A stretch of 64,000 bases of DNA from Deltaproteobacteria bacterium (GCA_013151235.1 JAADIO010000055.1:39743-103742), one strand, 5' to 3'; positions 40,058 through 51,326 are shown, numbered from the stretch's first letter. Made by a program: numbers and translations. The notes: generated from the sequence alone by a model not told the origin.

Positions 40058-40666
40058 TCAGGCCTCATCCTTTTGCGATACGGCCCGGGAAGACATCTTC
40101 TTTACAACGTAGAAACCTCCTATGAGGAGGATGACAAACAGAATCGAGAGGAGATTAAAATATTTCTCGATAAATCCGGTGATATAATCCCCGAAAAGAA
40201 CGATCATGCCGGCAACCAGGAAGAACCTGGCCCCGCGGCTTATGAATGATACTAAAACGAATTTCAGAAAGTCAATATAAAAAACCCCTGCCGAGAGGGT
40301 GAAGATCTTGTAGGGGATGGGGGTAAACCCGGCAATTCCAATGGCCCAGGCCTCATATTTTTCGAAATAGTCATGTACCATACGGATTTTCCCCGCCGAA
40401 ACAAATCGGTTCAGAAGGGGACGGCCGCCCTTCTGCCCGAGGAAATAGCCGAAGACCCCGCCGGCCGCCGACCCCACCGTACAGAGAAGAGCGTAATAGA
40501 GGGCCTGACTGGGGGCGTTGAGCGACATGGCGATCAGGAGAATATCCGGGGGAAGGGGAAAGAAAGAGGACTCGGCAAAGGCAAGAAAAAAGAGCGCCAC
40601 CAGAGCATTATCGGTTTGTGCCCAGGAAACAATCCAGGTTTGCAATTCATGAATCCAGGGCATCAT
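40058..40666 (-). CDS. DedA/YqaA family inner-membrane protein
   Basis: DedA signature region (FAESSFFPLPPDILLIAM...G) and multiple TM helices. Start set at the internal Met to limit overlap with pcm. Confidence 0.75.
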   Translation of the reverse strand: MMPWIHELQTWIVSWAQTDNALVALFFLAFAESSFFPLPPDILLIAMSLNAPSQALYYALLCTVGSAAGGVFGYFLGQKGGRPLLNRFVSAGKIRMVHDYFEKYEAWAIGIAGFTPIPYKIFTLSAGVFYIDFLKFVLVSFISRGARFFLVAGMIVLFGDYITGFIEKYFNLLSILFVILLIGGFYVVKKMSSRAVSQKDEA

Positions 40667-41342
40667 TCCTCTTTCCCCGGCGGGAAGGGCTTTTCTCCCA
40701 ACCGTATCTTCCGACGAGTTTAACAAACCGGCAGGGATCGAGTTCGATCCGATCCATCCCGGAAGAACGTTTGATCACTTTGATCAGACGCTGGGAGCCG
40801 TCGACCTCCAGGGGGATGATCATCTTCCCTCCCACACGGAGCTGCCGAACCAGATGTTCCGGAATCCGGGGAGACCCGGCGGAGACCACAACAACATCAA
40901 AGGGAGCCTGATCCGGCCAGCCGTAGGTCCCATCCCCGATCCGAATCGCCACATTGGAAAGCCCAAGGCGGTCAAGGCGCGGCCAGACCTGATTCCCCAA
41001 AGGACGGATCCGTTCCATGGCAAAGATCCGTTCCGCAAGATGCGCCAGGATGGCCGTCTGATACCCGGAGCCGGAGCCGATCTCCAGAACCTTTTCGTTC
41101 CCCTGCAATTCCAGCGCCTGTGCGACATAGGCAACCGTGGAAGGCTGGGAGATCGTTTGCCCGTACCCGATGGGAAGTGCAACATCCTCATAGGCCCGAA
41201 GCGCCAGCGCCTCATCGACGAACCGGTGACGAGGCACACGGCGGAAAGCGGAGAGAACCCGGACGTCTTCGATCCCCGCTGCGGGAAGGATCTCGTCCAC
41301 CAGCCGTTTCAGGGCAATCCCGGGATTCCTGTATTGGACCAT
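40647..41342 (-). CDS. pcm: Protein-L-isoaspartate O-methyltransferase
   Basis: VLEIGSGSGYQTA SAM-binding motif and the surE-pcm gene order. Confidence 0.9.
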   Translation of the reverse strand: MVQYRNPGIALKRLVDEILPAAGIEDVRVLSAFRRVPRHRFVDEALALRAYEDVALPIGYGQTISQPSTVAYVAQALELQGNEKVLEIGSGSGYQTAILAHLAERIFAMERIRPLGNQVWPRLDRLGLSNVAIRIGDGTYGWPDQAPFDVVVVSAGSPRIPEHLVRQLRVGGKMIIPLEVDGSQRLIKVIKRSSGMDRIELDPCRFVKLVGRYGWEKSPSRRGKRNDALDS

Positions 41343-41369
41343 GACGACCTTTCCGACGGCAACAATCGC

Positions 41370-42119
41370 TCAATCGCCCTCAAAGAGGATGCTTTCCATC
41401 TTCTCGAAGACCTCATAATGGGTCAGATCAAGATGCAGGGGAGTCACGGAGATGCCGTTTTCAGCAATGGCCTCATAATCGGAATGCCCCTTCCCCCCGG
41501 AAATAATCTCCTCCCCACCGATCCAGTAGTAGGCACGCCCTCTCGGGTCCTTCTTTTCCACCACCGGGTCCTTGAAGGTCCGCCGCCCCATGGAGGTAAT
41601 CCGGATTCCCGAGAGCTGCTCCGCCGGCAGACTGGGAACATTCATGTTCAAGAAGGTATCGGCAGGCAGTCCGTGATCTGCGATCTTCCGGGCCAGCCGC
41701 AAAGCGGCCTTCGCTGCCTCCCCGTACCGGAAATGCCCCTCACCGACGACGGAGACTGCCATCGAGGGAATCCCGAGCAAGGCCCCTTCCATCGCCGCCG
41801 CAACCGTGCCGGAATAGGTGATGTTATCGCCCAGATTGGCTCCCCGGTTGATCCCGGAAATCAGGAGGTCCGGTTTTCCCGGCAGGATCGTATTCACCGC
41901 CAAGGTCACACAATCGGTCGGTGTTCCGTTCACGCTGTAAACATCTTCCCCCAGTTCATGGACCCGCAGTGGTTTGTGGAGGGTCAGGGCATGGCCCACG
42001 GCGCTTCGTTCCCGGTCCGGCGCCACCACAACGACGCGCCCCAACACGTGCAGCGTTTCTGCCAACGCCCTCAACCCCGGAGCGGAAACCCCGTCATCAT
42101 TGGAAAGCAGAATCAGCAA
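41370..42119 (-). CDS. surE: 5'/3'-nucleotidase SurE
   Basis: MLILLSNDDGVSAPGL N-terminus diagnostic of SurE. Confidence 0.9.
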   Translation of the reverse strand: MLILLSNDDGVSAPGLRALAETLHVLGRVVVVAPDRERSAVGHALTLHKPLRVHELGEDVYSVNGTPTDCVTLAVNTILPGKPDLLISGINRGANLGDNITYSGTVAAAMEGALLGIPSMAVSVVGEGHFRYGEAAKAALRLARKIADHGLPADTFLNMNVPSLPAEQLSGIRITSMGRRTFKDPVVEKKDPRGRAYYWIGGEEIISGGKGHSDYEAIAENGISVTPLHLDLTHYEVFEKMESILFEGD

Positions 42120-42248
42120 GAAAACCTCGATCGGACCGAGTCGCCGATCAAAATGAAAAAAGCCCCGGAAGGGCTCTCGTTCATTCAGCCGGCAATGAAT
42201 TCACGGACGTGATACGGAAAATCAACAAATTCCATTCGTTCGGGAAAA

Positions 42249-42326
<78 letters not shown>

Positions 42327-42395
42327 CTTGCACGTACAGAAAAATTCAGTCGCAACCTTTGATCCAACAAGAAGAAATCTTACTGAGTCCGTCGT

Positions 42396-42899
42396 TTGAT
42401 GTCAAGGCTTTTCTCCCGCCACAACGATCGGCATGCAGCAAACAAAAGCTTTTTCGGGGGAGGGGGGGAGTTATCGATCATAGACAAACAATACAAATCG
42501 GTTGACAGCACATATATAAAGTTAAATCGCAAAGCCCTCCATTTCCTGCTGAACATCCGCTTCAACCCCTTAGAAAAGAGCCTCTTCAAAGGAATCCGTA
42601 AACTGCCTCCGGGAACGATCCTCCGTTTCCAGCGGTCTTCCCTGCGGCAGCAACGATATTGGAGTCTTCCCGACTCCGTCGATTCCTCGATCCACCGCCC
42701 GGAAGACTGCATCGAAGAAACCAAAATGGGGCTTCACTTTCGACCCCTATTACCAATTCCAGAAAGACCTGCGAAAAACGGAAATAAGAGAATTAACCCC
42801 GGAACGGATTCGGGAGCAGGGGATCTTCAACCATTCATCGAACAAATCCTGACACATCCCCCGCACCGCTGGATGCGCTGGCACTATTTTCTCCTCTGA
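42396..42899 (+). pseudogene. Fragment resembling the N-terminal region of asparagine synthase (glutamine-hydrolysing), truncated
   Basis: ...LFKGIRKLPPGTIL... resembles the AsnB segment. There is no synthetase domain and the fragment is low-GC. Confidence 0.3.
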
Positions 42900-43480
42900 C
42901 TGATTCTGGGAATCAAACCGAACGACTCATTCCATACTGCACCGGCCCTCCTCTCGGCAAAAAACCAGCATTCGCCCGTACCGGGTCTGTACCCGGGGAT
43001 CAACCCTCTTGCGGCAATGCGGCGAAGATGTTTACGAAGACTGTTCGCCTGAGAATAAATATCCCGAACAAGGATGAGAAAACGTGCATCGGGAAAGATC
43101 CCACGGAGATAACCGATTTTGTTCATCAGGTGGGTCGATTTGTTCAGGATTAAAGAAGAACTCGCCCCACTTCAGGACGGTTTCATTCCCGTAGCGGATC
43201 TTCCGGTAGCCGCGATAGACAAACTGCATAGGATAATCCGTCTACAATAAAACAGATCAAACGCCCGCCGTACCCGGTCACAAACCTCTACGGCATCGGA
43301 GGCACTTCCCGACGGACAGCAGGCTACCGTCCCGCAGGGCACACAGCCGACCTCGGTCCAGAAGCGGTTCATCTCGGAGCCGACCACCTGGATCCGCCGG
43401 TTCGCCGAAAAGAGGTTGCGGAAGAAGATCGTCCCCGAGCGCATTACTCCGAGAAGAAAAAGATTGGCCGGTGACCTCAT
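42884..43480 (-). pseudogene. Sulfotransferase-family gene broken into three reading frames
   Basis: LFLLGVMRSGTIFFRNL (a 5'-PSB-like P-loop) is in one frame, and RFLILVRD (3'-PB-like) is in another frame downstream. Confidence 0.4.
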
Positions 43481-44976
43481 GCTTCCTCCTTACCTCCGGA
43501 TCCGACGGACCCATGCAACGCGTGAGAGGAAGAAAGCCGGACGAAATACTCCCTTATTCCCAAGAAGACATATCCGGCAAGGCCATAGAGAGCAAGTGCC
43601 ACGGGATAGACAAGCCATGAAGGGAACCGGCCTGAAAGGAACGATGAGATAACCGCAAGCAACAGCGCGAAAAAAGGCAACAGACACAAACGAACCGCAC
43701 GGATACGGATCTCCTCCGCCTTACGCATGGCAAATACCCAGAGGAGGAAAACGGCAACGCCCGTCACCGAGGTCCCTGCGGCAATCCCTGAAAGGCCGAA
43801 GGGCGAGACCAGGGCAAGGCTGGCCGTGATATTGATTAGAAGACGGATGGGTGAAAGCTTCATCACGATATCGGGCCGCCCCATGCTAACAAAAACCGAC
43901 CCGACCGCCCCCACCCCTCCGCGCAGAACCAAACCGACCGCCAGGATCCCGAACGGGACGAAGGCCTGCTGGAAAAGGGGCTTTCCCGGATAAAGAACGG
44001 CAATAAGGGGATGAAATCCCCACCAGAGGACCAGGGCTGTTCCGGCAAGAAGAAAGAGCGTGATCCCGATGGTGTTCCGTATGAAGTTCGTCAAGGCATC
44101 TCTGCGATCCGCAAGGTAAAGCTCGGTAATCACCGGCCCGGTCACCTTGATCAGGGCGGTCGGGAGAAGAGTCAGTCCCTGCGTAAAGAGAAAGGCCACG
44201 CTCAAGATGCCGACCGGACCGGTCCCGAGAAAATAGCCCCCCAGGAGAAAGGCGATTCGTCCATCCAGTTCCAGGAAAAACCGGCTGAGCAGAATCCGCC
44301 GCCCATAGGACATCAGATGCTTGAACGGTTTACGGAGTCCGCTGAGAGTGAACTTGGCATAAATCTTTCCGGCCCAGGCAAGGAGCACAAAGAGAAGCCC
44401 CTCGGAGACGACCAGGGCCGCAGCGGCGGCGACCAGCGTACGACGGACCATAACAAGAAGAAGGGTCACCCCCACGATCAGGATCACGCGCCAGCTCTCC
44501 CCGATGGCAAAGTTGCGTATCCGGCGCAACCCGCGTATACGGGCCAGGATCATCTTGTTGACGGCAAAGAGGGGGATCCCGGCCACTGAGATCCCGATCA
44601 GGACGGAAAGTCGCGGAGTCCTGAGAATGCCGGCCAGGGAATCCCGGAACACAAGGAGAAGTAGGCAGACAGCGAGGCTTCCTGCAAGCGACAGAATTAG
44701 AGCGGACGACAAATAGCGTCGCTCCAGCTCCGGGAGGAACCTGTGTTCCGTGGCAAACTTGGTCACTGCCCCCGGCAGGCCGAGACTCGCTAATGTCCCG
44801 GCCGCGAGGTAGACCGTCATAAAGAGTGTATAGACGCCCAGTCCACCGCTTCCGAAAAGGTTCCCGATAAGAACATTCAGCCCGACCCCGGCGAGAGCGA
44901 TCACCGTCGTGCTGCCAAGGACCCAGAAGGCCTCCCCCGCGATCCCCCGGAGCGGATCCTGCACCCTCCTTTTCAT
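43477..44976 (-). CDS. wzx: Polysaccharide biosynthesis / oligosaccharide flippase (Wzx, MOP superfamily) membrane protein
   Basis: About 14 TM helices and a MATE/Wzx-like N-terminal pattern. The ORF is intact. Confidence 0.7.
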   Translation of the reverse strand: MKRRVQDPLRGIAGEAFWVLGSTTVIALAGVGLNVLIGNLFGSGGLGVYTLFMTVYLAAGTLASLGLPGAVTKFATEHRFLPELERRYLSSALILSLAGSLAVCLLLLVFRDSLAGILRTPRLSVLIGISVAGIPLFAVNKMILARIRGLRRIRNFAIGESWRVILIVGVTLLLVMVRRTLVAAAAALVVSEGLLFVLLAWAGKIYAKFTLSGLRKPFKHLMSYGRRILLSRFFLELDGRIAFLLGGYFLGTGPVGILSVAFLFTQGLTLLPTALIKVTGPVITELYLADRRDALTNFIRNTIGITLFLLAGTALVLWWGFHPLIAVLYPGKPLFQQAFVPFGILAVGLVLRGGVGAVGSVFVSMGRPDIVMKLSPIRLLINITASLALVSPFGLSGIAAGTSVTGVAVFLLWVFAMRKAEEIRIRAVRLCLLPFFALLLAVISSFLSGRFPSWLVYPVALALYGLAGYVFLGIREYFVRLSSSHALHGSVGSGGKEEA

Positions 44977-45641
44977 TCCACTCCTTTCCTTCCCGATTCA
45001 CCCTCATATGGGAAACTGCTGGCGTCCTCTGAAGGAAAAGAACTCTCCCGCCACAAGGTCACGCTCTCTTCAAAGGTCGAGGCAATTCGGACCTTCCGGG
45101 AGATCCGCCGGAGGAATTTTTCCCAGCCGATCAGGGCTTGGTCGGTAGAAAAGTTCATGATATGAGCCATATAGTTGTGCGGCTGTACCACCGGACGTCT
45201 GTGCAGCAAATAACAAAGAAACCGGGACCGGGACAGGACCGCAAGGCACATACGGAACCATACACTCCTCCCTGGAGATTCGTAACTTGCCGGAATCAGG
45301 AGACCAAGCCGGGGGAGAATCACCAACTGGTCGGAGTCTTGCGGATAGACCCTCCAGGGACGAAAGATCTCACGGAACCCTCCGGACGCAGGCAAGCCGG
45401 TTTCACTTAAAGGACGCTTCAACCAGAGTATGGAGGTCAGGAAACAGCACCTTCTCTCCGCGTAGAGCCGATCCGTGACGCCCGGTTTCCATCCGTGCCC
45501 CGGTGCGACGAAGATTTTCGGGAACCGCCACCCCAGCCTGCGATAGATCCGTCCACTCCACTCGATCTGCCGCTCCTGTTCGGCCACAGGCCGAACGGAA
45601 GCCGTCCGATAATCGTGGAATTCGACATACCGTCGCCCCAT
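44973..45641 (-). other. ORF of uncertain status, a possible remnant contiguous with the decayed glycosyltransferase gene
   Basis: Only partly protein-like. The frame differs from the neighbouring GT fragments. Confidence 0.2.
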
Positions 45642-46592
45642 TGATGGCTGTAGCCGTGATCCGCAACCAGAATGTGGCGGGTATTCCTTTCGAGAAAATC
45701 AATCAATCTGCGGGAATCGGCATATTACAAATAACGTAACGGCCAAGCGCCAGGGACTCGAAAACCATTCGGGGCATGCCGTCATGATAATTAATGCGCA
45801 ACAGCCCCTTGACCTTTCTCAGGACAAGACGGATATCTTCGACATAACCTAAAAAACGGAGATTGGGAGGAAGCCCTTTCGGATCCGCACCACGTCCGAC
45901 AACATCGATCCTGAGATCCGGAGAATCTTCGGCCAACCGGCAGAGGGTCTTCCAACCATAAAAGTCCCGGGTATCGGAGCTGGCATGAAAACCGATATAC
46001 GCAAGCAGGCTCCACTCCTCCGGAAGAGGGACCTCTTCAACCGGAATATGATTCAGTACCGGTAGGTATTCGGCTTCAACACCTGCGGATTTAAGTTCAT
46101 CAACCAGATGGTGGGCACACGCCGTATGGCGGGCCACAAAGGCGGAGACATAAGATATGAATGTTCGAGAAAAATGTATGGCCACCCGTGCAAACAAAAC
46201 CAAAAATCCCCGAACACCGCTTATTGCTCCCGCTACGGCGGGAATGTCACGCTCCGCACCGATATCCCGAAGAGGAGGACGGTACCTGACGGTCACCTTC
46301 AGAACGTCTCCTCCGGTCCACTGGAGAAGGACCGGCTTACCCAGACAACAAGCAATCGGCGAAAAAGAAGGATACGAGTATTTGAGGGTGAATGACAATA
46401 GACGAGATCCGCCTGCTTCATCCGGCGAATGACTTGCAAGATATGCTTCGGTCGGAAAGGACGGTCATAGGAATCAATTTCCATGGCCGTCAGGCGTCTC
46501 AGCAAGGAAAAGGCAGGGTGGACCTTGCAGGACGCCAAGACAACCACCCGCAAGGAAACATCCTTTTCAGTCATCGCAGCCTGATGCGTCAT
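45437..46592 (-). pseudogene. GT4 (group 1) glycosyltransferase split over at least three frames
   Basis: The GT4 C-terminal motif (RIDVVGRGADPKG...RFLGYVEDI...HDGMPRMVFESLALGRYVI) is in ORF 46398..45703, with N-terminal-like and tail-like pieces in other frames. Confidence 0.4.
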
Positions 46593-46899
46593 CGTTCAGA
46601 ACACCTTGCGCGGGAATCAGACCTGGAATGGAAATCATGCACAAAAGACGGTTGCGAACAATCCCCATCCTCGGTCCGACACAGAAAAATTCATCCGCTC
46701 CGATCTCCTCCAAAACAACATCCTCCACTCTCTTTTGCGTGGGTACAGTCTACCTGTATCTCGGAAGCCATGTCAACTTTTTCCATTTATTACTTGGGAT
46801 TCCGACCGTTTGCTCCGTGATTCTCCTTGATTCAGCATGGCTGATCTGTTAGGGTAAATCCGTTTGGAGGCTTAAATTCACTGAAAGGAACTGTTTGTC

Positions 46900-47628
46900 A
46901 TGATCCATCTTCTGATCTCCGTCGCCGCAGGGGCGGTGATTTTCTGCCTGCTCTATTTCTTTCATGTTCTTGCCTGGGGATGGGCGCTGCCGATCGCCCT
47001 GGTCGTTATGATGGGAGTCAATTATCTCCTGGGACGCCGGCTCAGTAAAGCCATTGCCGAACTCATGGAGGGGGTCGGACGGGACCTGAAAACCGGGAAG
47101 ATGGACCGGGCGATCCGAACCCTGGAAGGGGGATTGAAATACGGTCGTTACCAGTTCTTTGTCACCTCTCAGCTGAAAGCCCAGATCGGTGTTATTCATT
47201 ACATCAAGAAAGACTTCAACACCGCCTTTCCCTTTCTGAAGAAGGCCTTTGCCCGGCACTGGATCGCCCAGGGAATGCTCGCCGCGATCTATATGCGGCG
47301 GAAAGACAAGGAACGAATGATCAAAACCTTCCAGCGGGCCGTACGATACAATCCCAAGGAGGGGCTTCTCTGGAATCTCTATGCCTTCTGCCTGCTTCGC
47401 ACGGGAGACCGGGCCGAGGCGATCCAGGTCTTGATCAAGGGGTCGAAGAAGCACCCCAGCGATGAACAGATTCGGAAGAACCTGATTCATCTGCAAAACA
47501 ATAAAAAGATGAAAATGAAAAGCTATGGCGAGATGTGGATCCAGTTTCACCTGGAGAAGATGCCCGGCAACCTGGGCCGGCGCCCCTCCTACCCCGTCTC
47601 CCGGAGACGGCGCATGGCTCGCCGTTGA
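46900..47628 (+). CDS. Membrane-anchored TPR-repeat protein
   Basis: Two N-terminal hydrophobic helices followed by TPR-like helical repeats. Confidence 0.55.
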   Translation: MIHLLISVAAGAVIFCLLYFFHVLAWGWALPIALVVMMGVNYLLGRRLSKAIAELMEGVGRDLKTGKMDRAIRTLEGGLKYGRYQFFVTSQLKAQIGVIHYIKKDFNTAFPFLKKAFARHWIAQGMLAAIYMRRKDKERMIKTFQRAVRYNPKEGLLWNLYAFCLLRTGDRAEAIQVLIKGSKKHPSDEQIRKNLIHLQNNKKMKMKSYGEMWIQFHLEKMPGNLGRRPSYPVSRRRRMARR

Positions 47629-47644
47629 TTCCCGGTTCCCCGCA

Positions 47645-49405
47645 CTACTCCTCGGCCTCCTCTTCCCATTCCGGCTCATCCGGGAACATCGACTGCATTC
47701 GTTCTTTTGTCCACTCCTCAATCTCCCGGGCGGTCGCGAGGTTGAGAATCTCTCTGGCCAGTTTTCGGGAATCCTTCAGGGTCACCTGCCGGAGGATACG
47801 CTTGACCCGTGGAACGGCAACCGGGTTCATACTGAAGGTCTGAAGCCCCAGTCCTAAAAGAGCCGCTGCATAGAGAGGATCTCCGGCCACCTCGCCGCAC
47901 ATCGCCGCCGGAATATTTGCCTCCCGGGCAACCGTCATGACATGCTTGATCATTCGGATAATCGCCGGATGCAAAGGTTCATAAAGGTAGGCGACGTGCT
48001 CGTTGACTCGGTCAATGGCCAGGGAATACTGGATCAGATCATTGGTCCCGATGCTGACGAAATCAACCTCGTTGACGATCAGATCGATGGCAATCGCTGC
48101 GGATGGAACCTCGATCATCACGCCCAGGGGAATTTCCTCTTGAAAGAGTACCCCCTCTCTCCGAAGATCCTCCAATACCCCGTAGTAGATCTCCTTGGCC
48201 ATCCGCAGTTCCCGGAGACCTGAAATCATAGGGAACATGATCTTCAGATTCCCGTAAATTCCGGCCCGTGCCAGTGCACGAAGCTGTGTCCTGAAGATGT
48301 CCGGGTGTTCCAGGCAAAAACGGATTGCACGTAATCCCATGGCAGGATTGCTCTCTCCGGGGTAAGGAATGTGCCGCGCCAGTTTGTCCCCGCCCAGGTC
48401 CAGGGTTCGAATGATCACCGTCTCCGGATAGATGATCTCCAGGGCACTCTTGTAGGCCTGGAACTGGTCTTCCTCGCCCGGAAGTTCCGTGCGGTTGAGA
48501 TAGAGAAATTCCGTCCGGAAAAGTCCCACGCCGTCGGCACCGTGTTCCAAAACTCCGCAAACATCTTCGGGGGTCTCAATATTCGCCGCCAGGCGGATTT
48601 TATGCCCATCCAGGGTCTCCGCCGGCAACGGGGACAGCTTCTGCAGTTCCTTTTCAAAATAGATATAGCGACGCTGCTTTTCCAGATACCGATTAAAGGT
48701 TTTGCTGTCCGGATTGACGATCACGGTCCCGCTGTTGCCGTTTAAGATCAGGGGATCACCGGTTTGAACCCGGGCCGTAAAATGGACCATGCCGACCACG
48801 GCCGGAATTTCCAGCGAGCGGGCCATAATCACCGTGTGACTCGTTTTACCTCCCAGATCGGTTACAAACCCTTTGACATGCTTCCGGTCCATTTGCATGG
48901 TATCCGCCGGCGTCAGATCATGGGCCACCACAATCACATCTTCGTTCAGGCCGGCAAGACTGTGCTGCTCACGGCCGGAGAGATTACGCAGGATTCGTTC
49001 CCCCACATGGATCATGTCGGATTTCCGTTCCTTCAGATAATCGTCTTCAATCCCGTTAAAAACCGTCAGGAACTGATCCAGAACTTTTTTCAAGGCGCCA
49101 TCCGCGGCGATCTCCTCCCGACGGATCACATCTCGGACCCCGTCGATCAGGAGAGTGTCCTGAAGCATCAGGATATGACTTTCAAGAATATAGGCATGAG
49201 AAGCGCCGACACGGTTGCTGAACTGTTTTTTTACGGACTGAAGCTGTTCCACCGAGATTGAAAGGGCCTGATCAAACCGCCGGATCTCTTCGTCCACTCG
49301 GTCCGGTGGAATCGACTGGACTTCCGCCTTGACCATTTCCCGGTTCAGCACATAGGCCTTCCCAATCACGATCCCGGGCGAGACCCCCATCCCTTTGAAT
49401 TTCAT
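47645..49405 (-). CDS. ptsI: Phosphoenolpyruvate-protein phosphotransferase (PTS Enzyme I)
   Basis: GMGVSPGIVIGKA N-terminus, the phospho-His region GGKTSHTVIMAR, and a PEP-utilising C-terminal domain. Confidence 0.95.
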   Translation of the reverse strand: MKFKGMGVSPGIVIGKAYVLNREMVKAEVQSIPPDRVDEEIRRFDQALSISVEQLQSVKKQFSNRVGASHAYILESHILMLQDTLLIDGVRDVIRREEIAADGALKKVLDQFLTVFNGIEDDYLKERKSDMIHVGERILRNLSGREQHSLAGLNEDVIVVAHDLTPADTMQMDRKHVKGFVTDLGGKTSHTVIMARSLEIPAVVGMVHFTARVQTGDPLILNGNSGTVIVNPDSKTFNRYLEKQRRYIYFEKELQKLSPLPAETLDGHKIRLAANIETPEDVCGVLEHGADGVGLFRTEFLYLNRTELPGEEDQFQAYKSALEIIYPETVIIRTLDLGGDKLARHIPYPGESNPAMGLRAIRFCLEHPDIFRTQLRALARAGIYGNLKIMFPMISGLRELRMAKEIYYGVLEDLRREGVLFQEEIPLGVMIEVPSAAIAIDLIVNEVDFVSIGTNDLIQYSLAIDRVNEHVAYLYEPLHPAIIRMIKHVMTVAREANIPAAMCGEVAGDPLYAAALLGLGLQTFSMNPVAVPRVKRILRQVTLKDSRKLAREILNLATAREIEEWTKERMQSMFPDEPEWEEEAEE

Positions 49406-49687
49406 CTATTCTTCTCCAAACTTCTCATTGACCAGCCGGACCAGGTTCTCCAGCGCTTCCGCCTCATCCGGACCGGAGACCCGAACCGTCAACTCCGTCC
49501 CCTGGGCGGCAGCCAGCATCATGATGCCCATAATGCTTTTCCCGTTCACTTCGGTGCTCCCCCGAATCACAACAATTTCCGACTCAAAGCCGTTGGCCGT
49601 TTGTACGAACATGGCAGCGGAACGGGCGTGCATCCCCAACTTGTTCTGAATCGTTACATTGGCCGCCTTCAAACTTTCACTCCCCAC
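49406..49687 (-). CDS. ptsH: Phosphocarrier protein HPr
   Basis: GMHARSA (His15 region) and GSTEVNGKSIMGIM (Ser46 region). Confidence 0.85.
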   Translation of the reverse strand: MGSESLKAANVTIQNKLGMHARSAAMFVQTANGFESEIVVIRGSTEVNGKSIMGIMMLAAAQGTELTVRVSGPDEAEALENLVRLVNEKFGEE

Positions 49688-49736
49688 GCCTTTCTATCAC
49701 CATACACGGCACAACCGGGGATCCCTTGCGGATATG

Positions 49737-50498
49737 CTAAAAGGTGATCCATCCCATGTGTGTCAAAAAAAGGGACAACAAAAAGAGAAAAACGACCCGC
49801 ACCGAAAGGGGGACCCCCCTTCGCTCCCCAAGCCAGGCACCGGCGATCACAACGAGCAAAAAACCACACAATCCAAAATAGGCAAAAGACCGCATGGGCA
49901 AGGCCTGTATCCCCCAGAGAGGAAGAAAGGCCCCCACGGCAAATAATGTCAGGGCATTCATCCAGTAGATCTTCTTCTGAAGTTCCAGGCGCTTCAGATA
50001 TTGCAATAAATTCAGACCGGAACCATAACCATTGACGATGCCCGACACCCGCAACCAGAGCGTCACGCTGTTGTAGAACAACAGAAAAAAAAGAGGCGCC
50101 ATGGTTTCCGAAAACATCGCCGTCAGAACTGCCGACAATCCGGCGAGCGGACGCAGCGTCCCCCAGACGAAGGAATCCCCCAAAGCACCGAGGGCACCGG
50201 TCAGATCCTCCCGGAAAAGATCTATCTGCTCCACAGAGACATGCCCCTCCGCCCGTTCCATTTCAAGGCGGAGCGTTCCTCCCGCAATCATCCCGGCAAA
50301 ATAAGGATTGGTGTTAAAATATCGCAGATAACGCCGGGAGACTTCTCCATCGTCTACCCCTCTCGGCAGAAAAGGCACCAGCATATAGGCAAACCCGATC
50401 CCCTGAAAATTTTCATAGTTCCAGGCCGCCTGCAGAAAGAAACTCCGTACCACCAGCTGGGTCCCTTGCACGAAAGAAAGCGATCTCTTCTTCACCAC
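49737..50498 (-). CDS. PTS mannose/fructose/sorbose-family IID component
   Basis: FLQAAWNYENFQGIGFAYMLVP IID signature. Confidence 0.8.
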   Translation of the reverse strand: MVKKRSLSFVQGTQLVVRSFFLQAAWNYENFQGIGFAYMLVPFLPRGVDDGEVSRRYLRYFNTNPYFAGMIAGGTLRLEMERAEGHVSVEQIDLFREDLTGALGALGDSFVWGTLRPLAGLSAVLTAMFSETMAPLFFLLFYNSVTLWLRVSGIVNGYGSGLNLLQYLKRLELQKKIYWMNALTLFAVGAFLPLWGIQALPMRSFAYFGLCGFLLVVIAGAWLGERRGVPLSVRVVFLFLLSLFLTHMGWITF

Positions 50499-51274
50499 CG
50501 TTTCTCCATCATAGACTTCCTTCGCCCTTTCAGAAAGGTAATTCCCAACGCCGCCGCCATCAGAACCGCCGGTACAAATCCCGGGACCTCACCCAGAATC
50601 CAGAAAAGGAGAAAAGCCATAAGCCCACCTGCGGTACAAAACATCCATCCCCGGGACAAGTCTTTCCGGACGACCAGAGACCCGATCCCGATCGCGGGGA
50701 GAAGAAAAAAGAACAACCGCAACCCTCCCGGCAGGGTTTCCGGCAAAGCCGTATAGGCCTTCCACAGCAGGGAAGAGAAAAAACCGGTGACCAACAGGGT
50801 CAGCAGGAAATAATAAAGAAAAAAAAGGCCGATCCCCGCCCACGTTGAGCGTCGTACACCCTGCCCCAGCGATGGAGCCGCCTTTGCCATGTGGATCAAG
50901 CGTGCATTCTTTCTCCGAAGCCACCGGTCCAGAAAACCGATGGGGTATAAGAGAAGCCCCACCCACAAAAAGACCCACGCCGGCCACGCCATATCGATAC
51001 CGGGGCCGGCGCCCCACACAGACAGCGAGATCCCGGTCGTCAGAATGGCCGACAGGGTCGCATTCTTCGGAACGTGCCCCCCCACGGGAAGACCACGGAA
51101 CCAGAAGAGTTCCAGGACCACACCGATCTGCATACCGTCATGAAAATCCCCCAGAAGCCACCCGACCAAGGGTGCAGCCACAATCGGCTGGGAAATCATG
51201 AACTGCCCGAAGGCCAGGCGATCCAGCCCGATCACCCCGCCTGCCAATGAAACCCGCAAAAGATCCCCGAACAA
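50492..51274 (-). CDS. PTS mannose-family IIC component
   Basis: GGVIGLDRLAFGQFMISQPIVAAPL IIC signature and a multi-TM protein. Confidence 0.8.
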   Translation of the reverse strand: MFGDLLRVSLAGGVIGLDRLAFGQFMISQPIVAAPLVGWLLGDFHDGMQIGVVLELFWFRGLPVGGHVPKNATLSAILTTGISLSVWGAGPGIDMAWPAWVFLWVGLLLYPIGFLDRWLRRKNARLIHMAKAAPSLGQGVRRSTWAGIGLFFLYYFLLTLLVTGFFSSLLWKAYTALPETLPGGLRLFFFLLPAIGIGSLVVRKDLSRGWMFCTAGGLMAFLLFWILGEVPGFVPAVLMAAALGITFLKGRRKSMMEKRW

Positions 51275-51326
51275 GAGTTCCTCCGCCTTCCCACCGATAA
51301 TCCGAATCGTAGAAACTCTCCGAATT

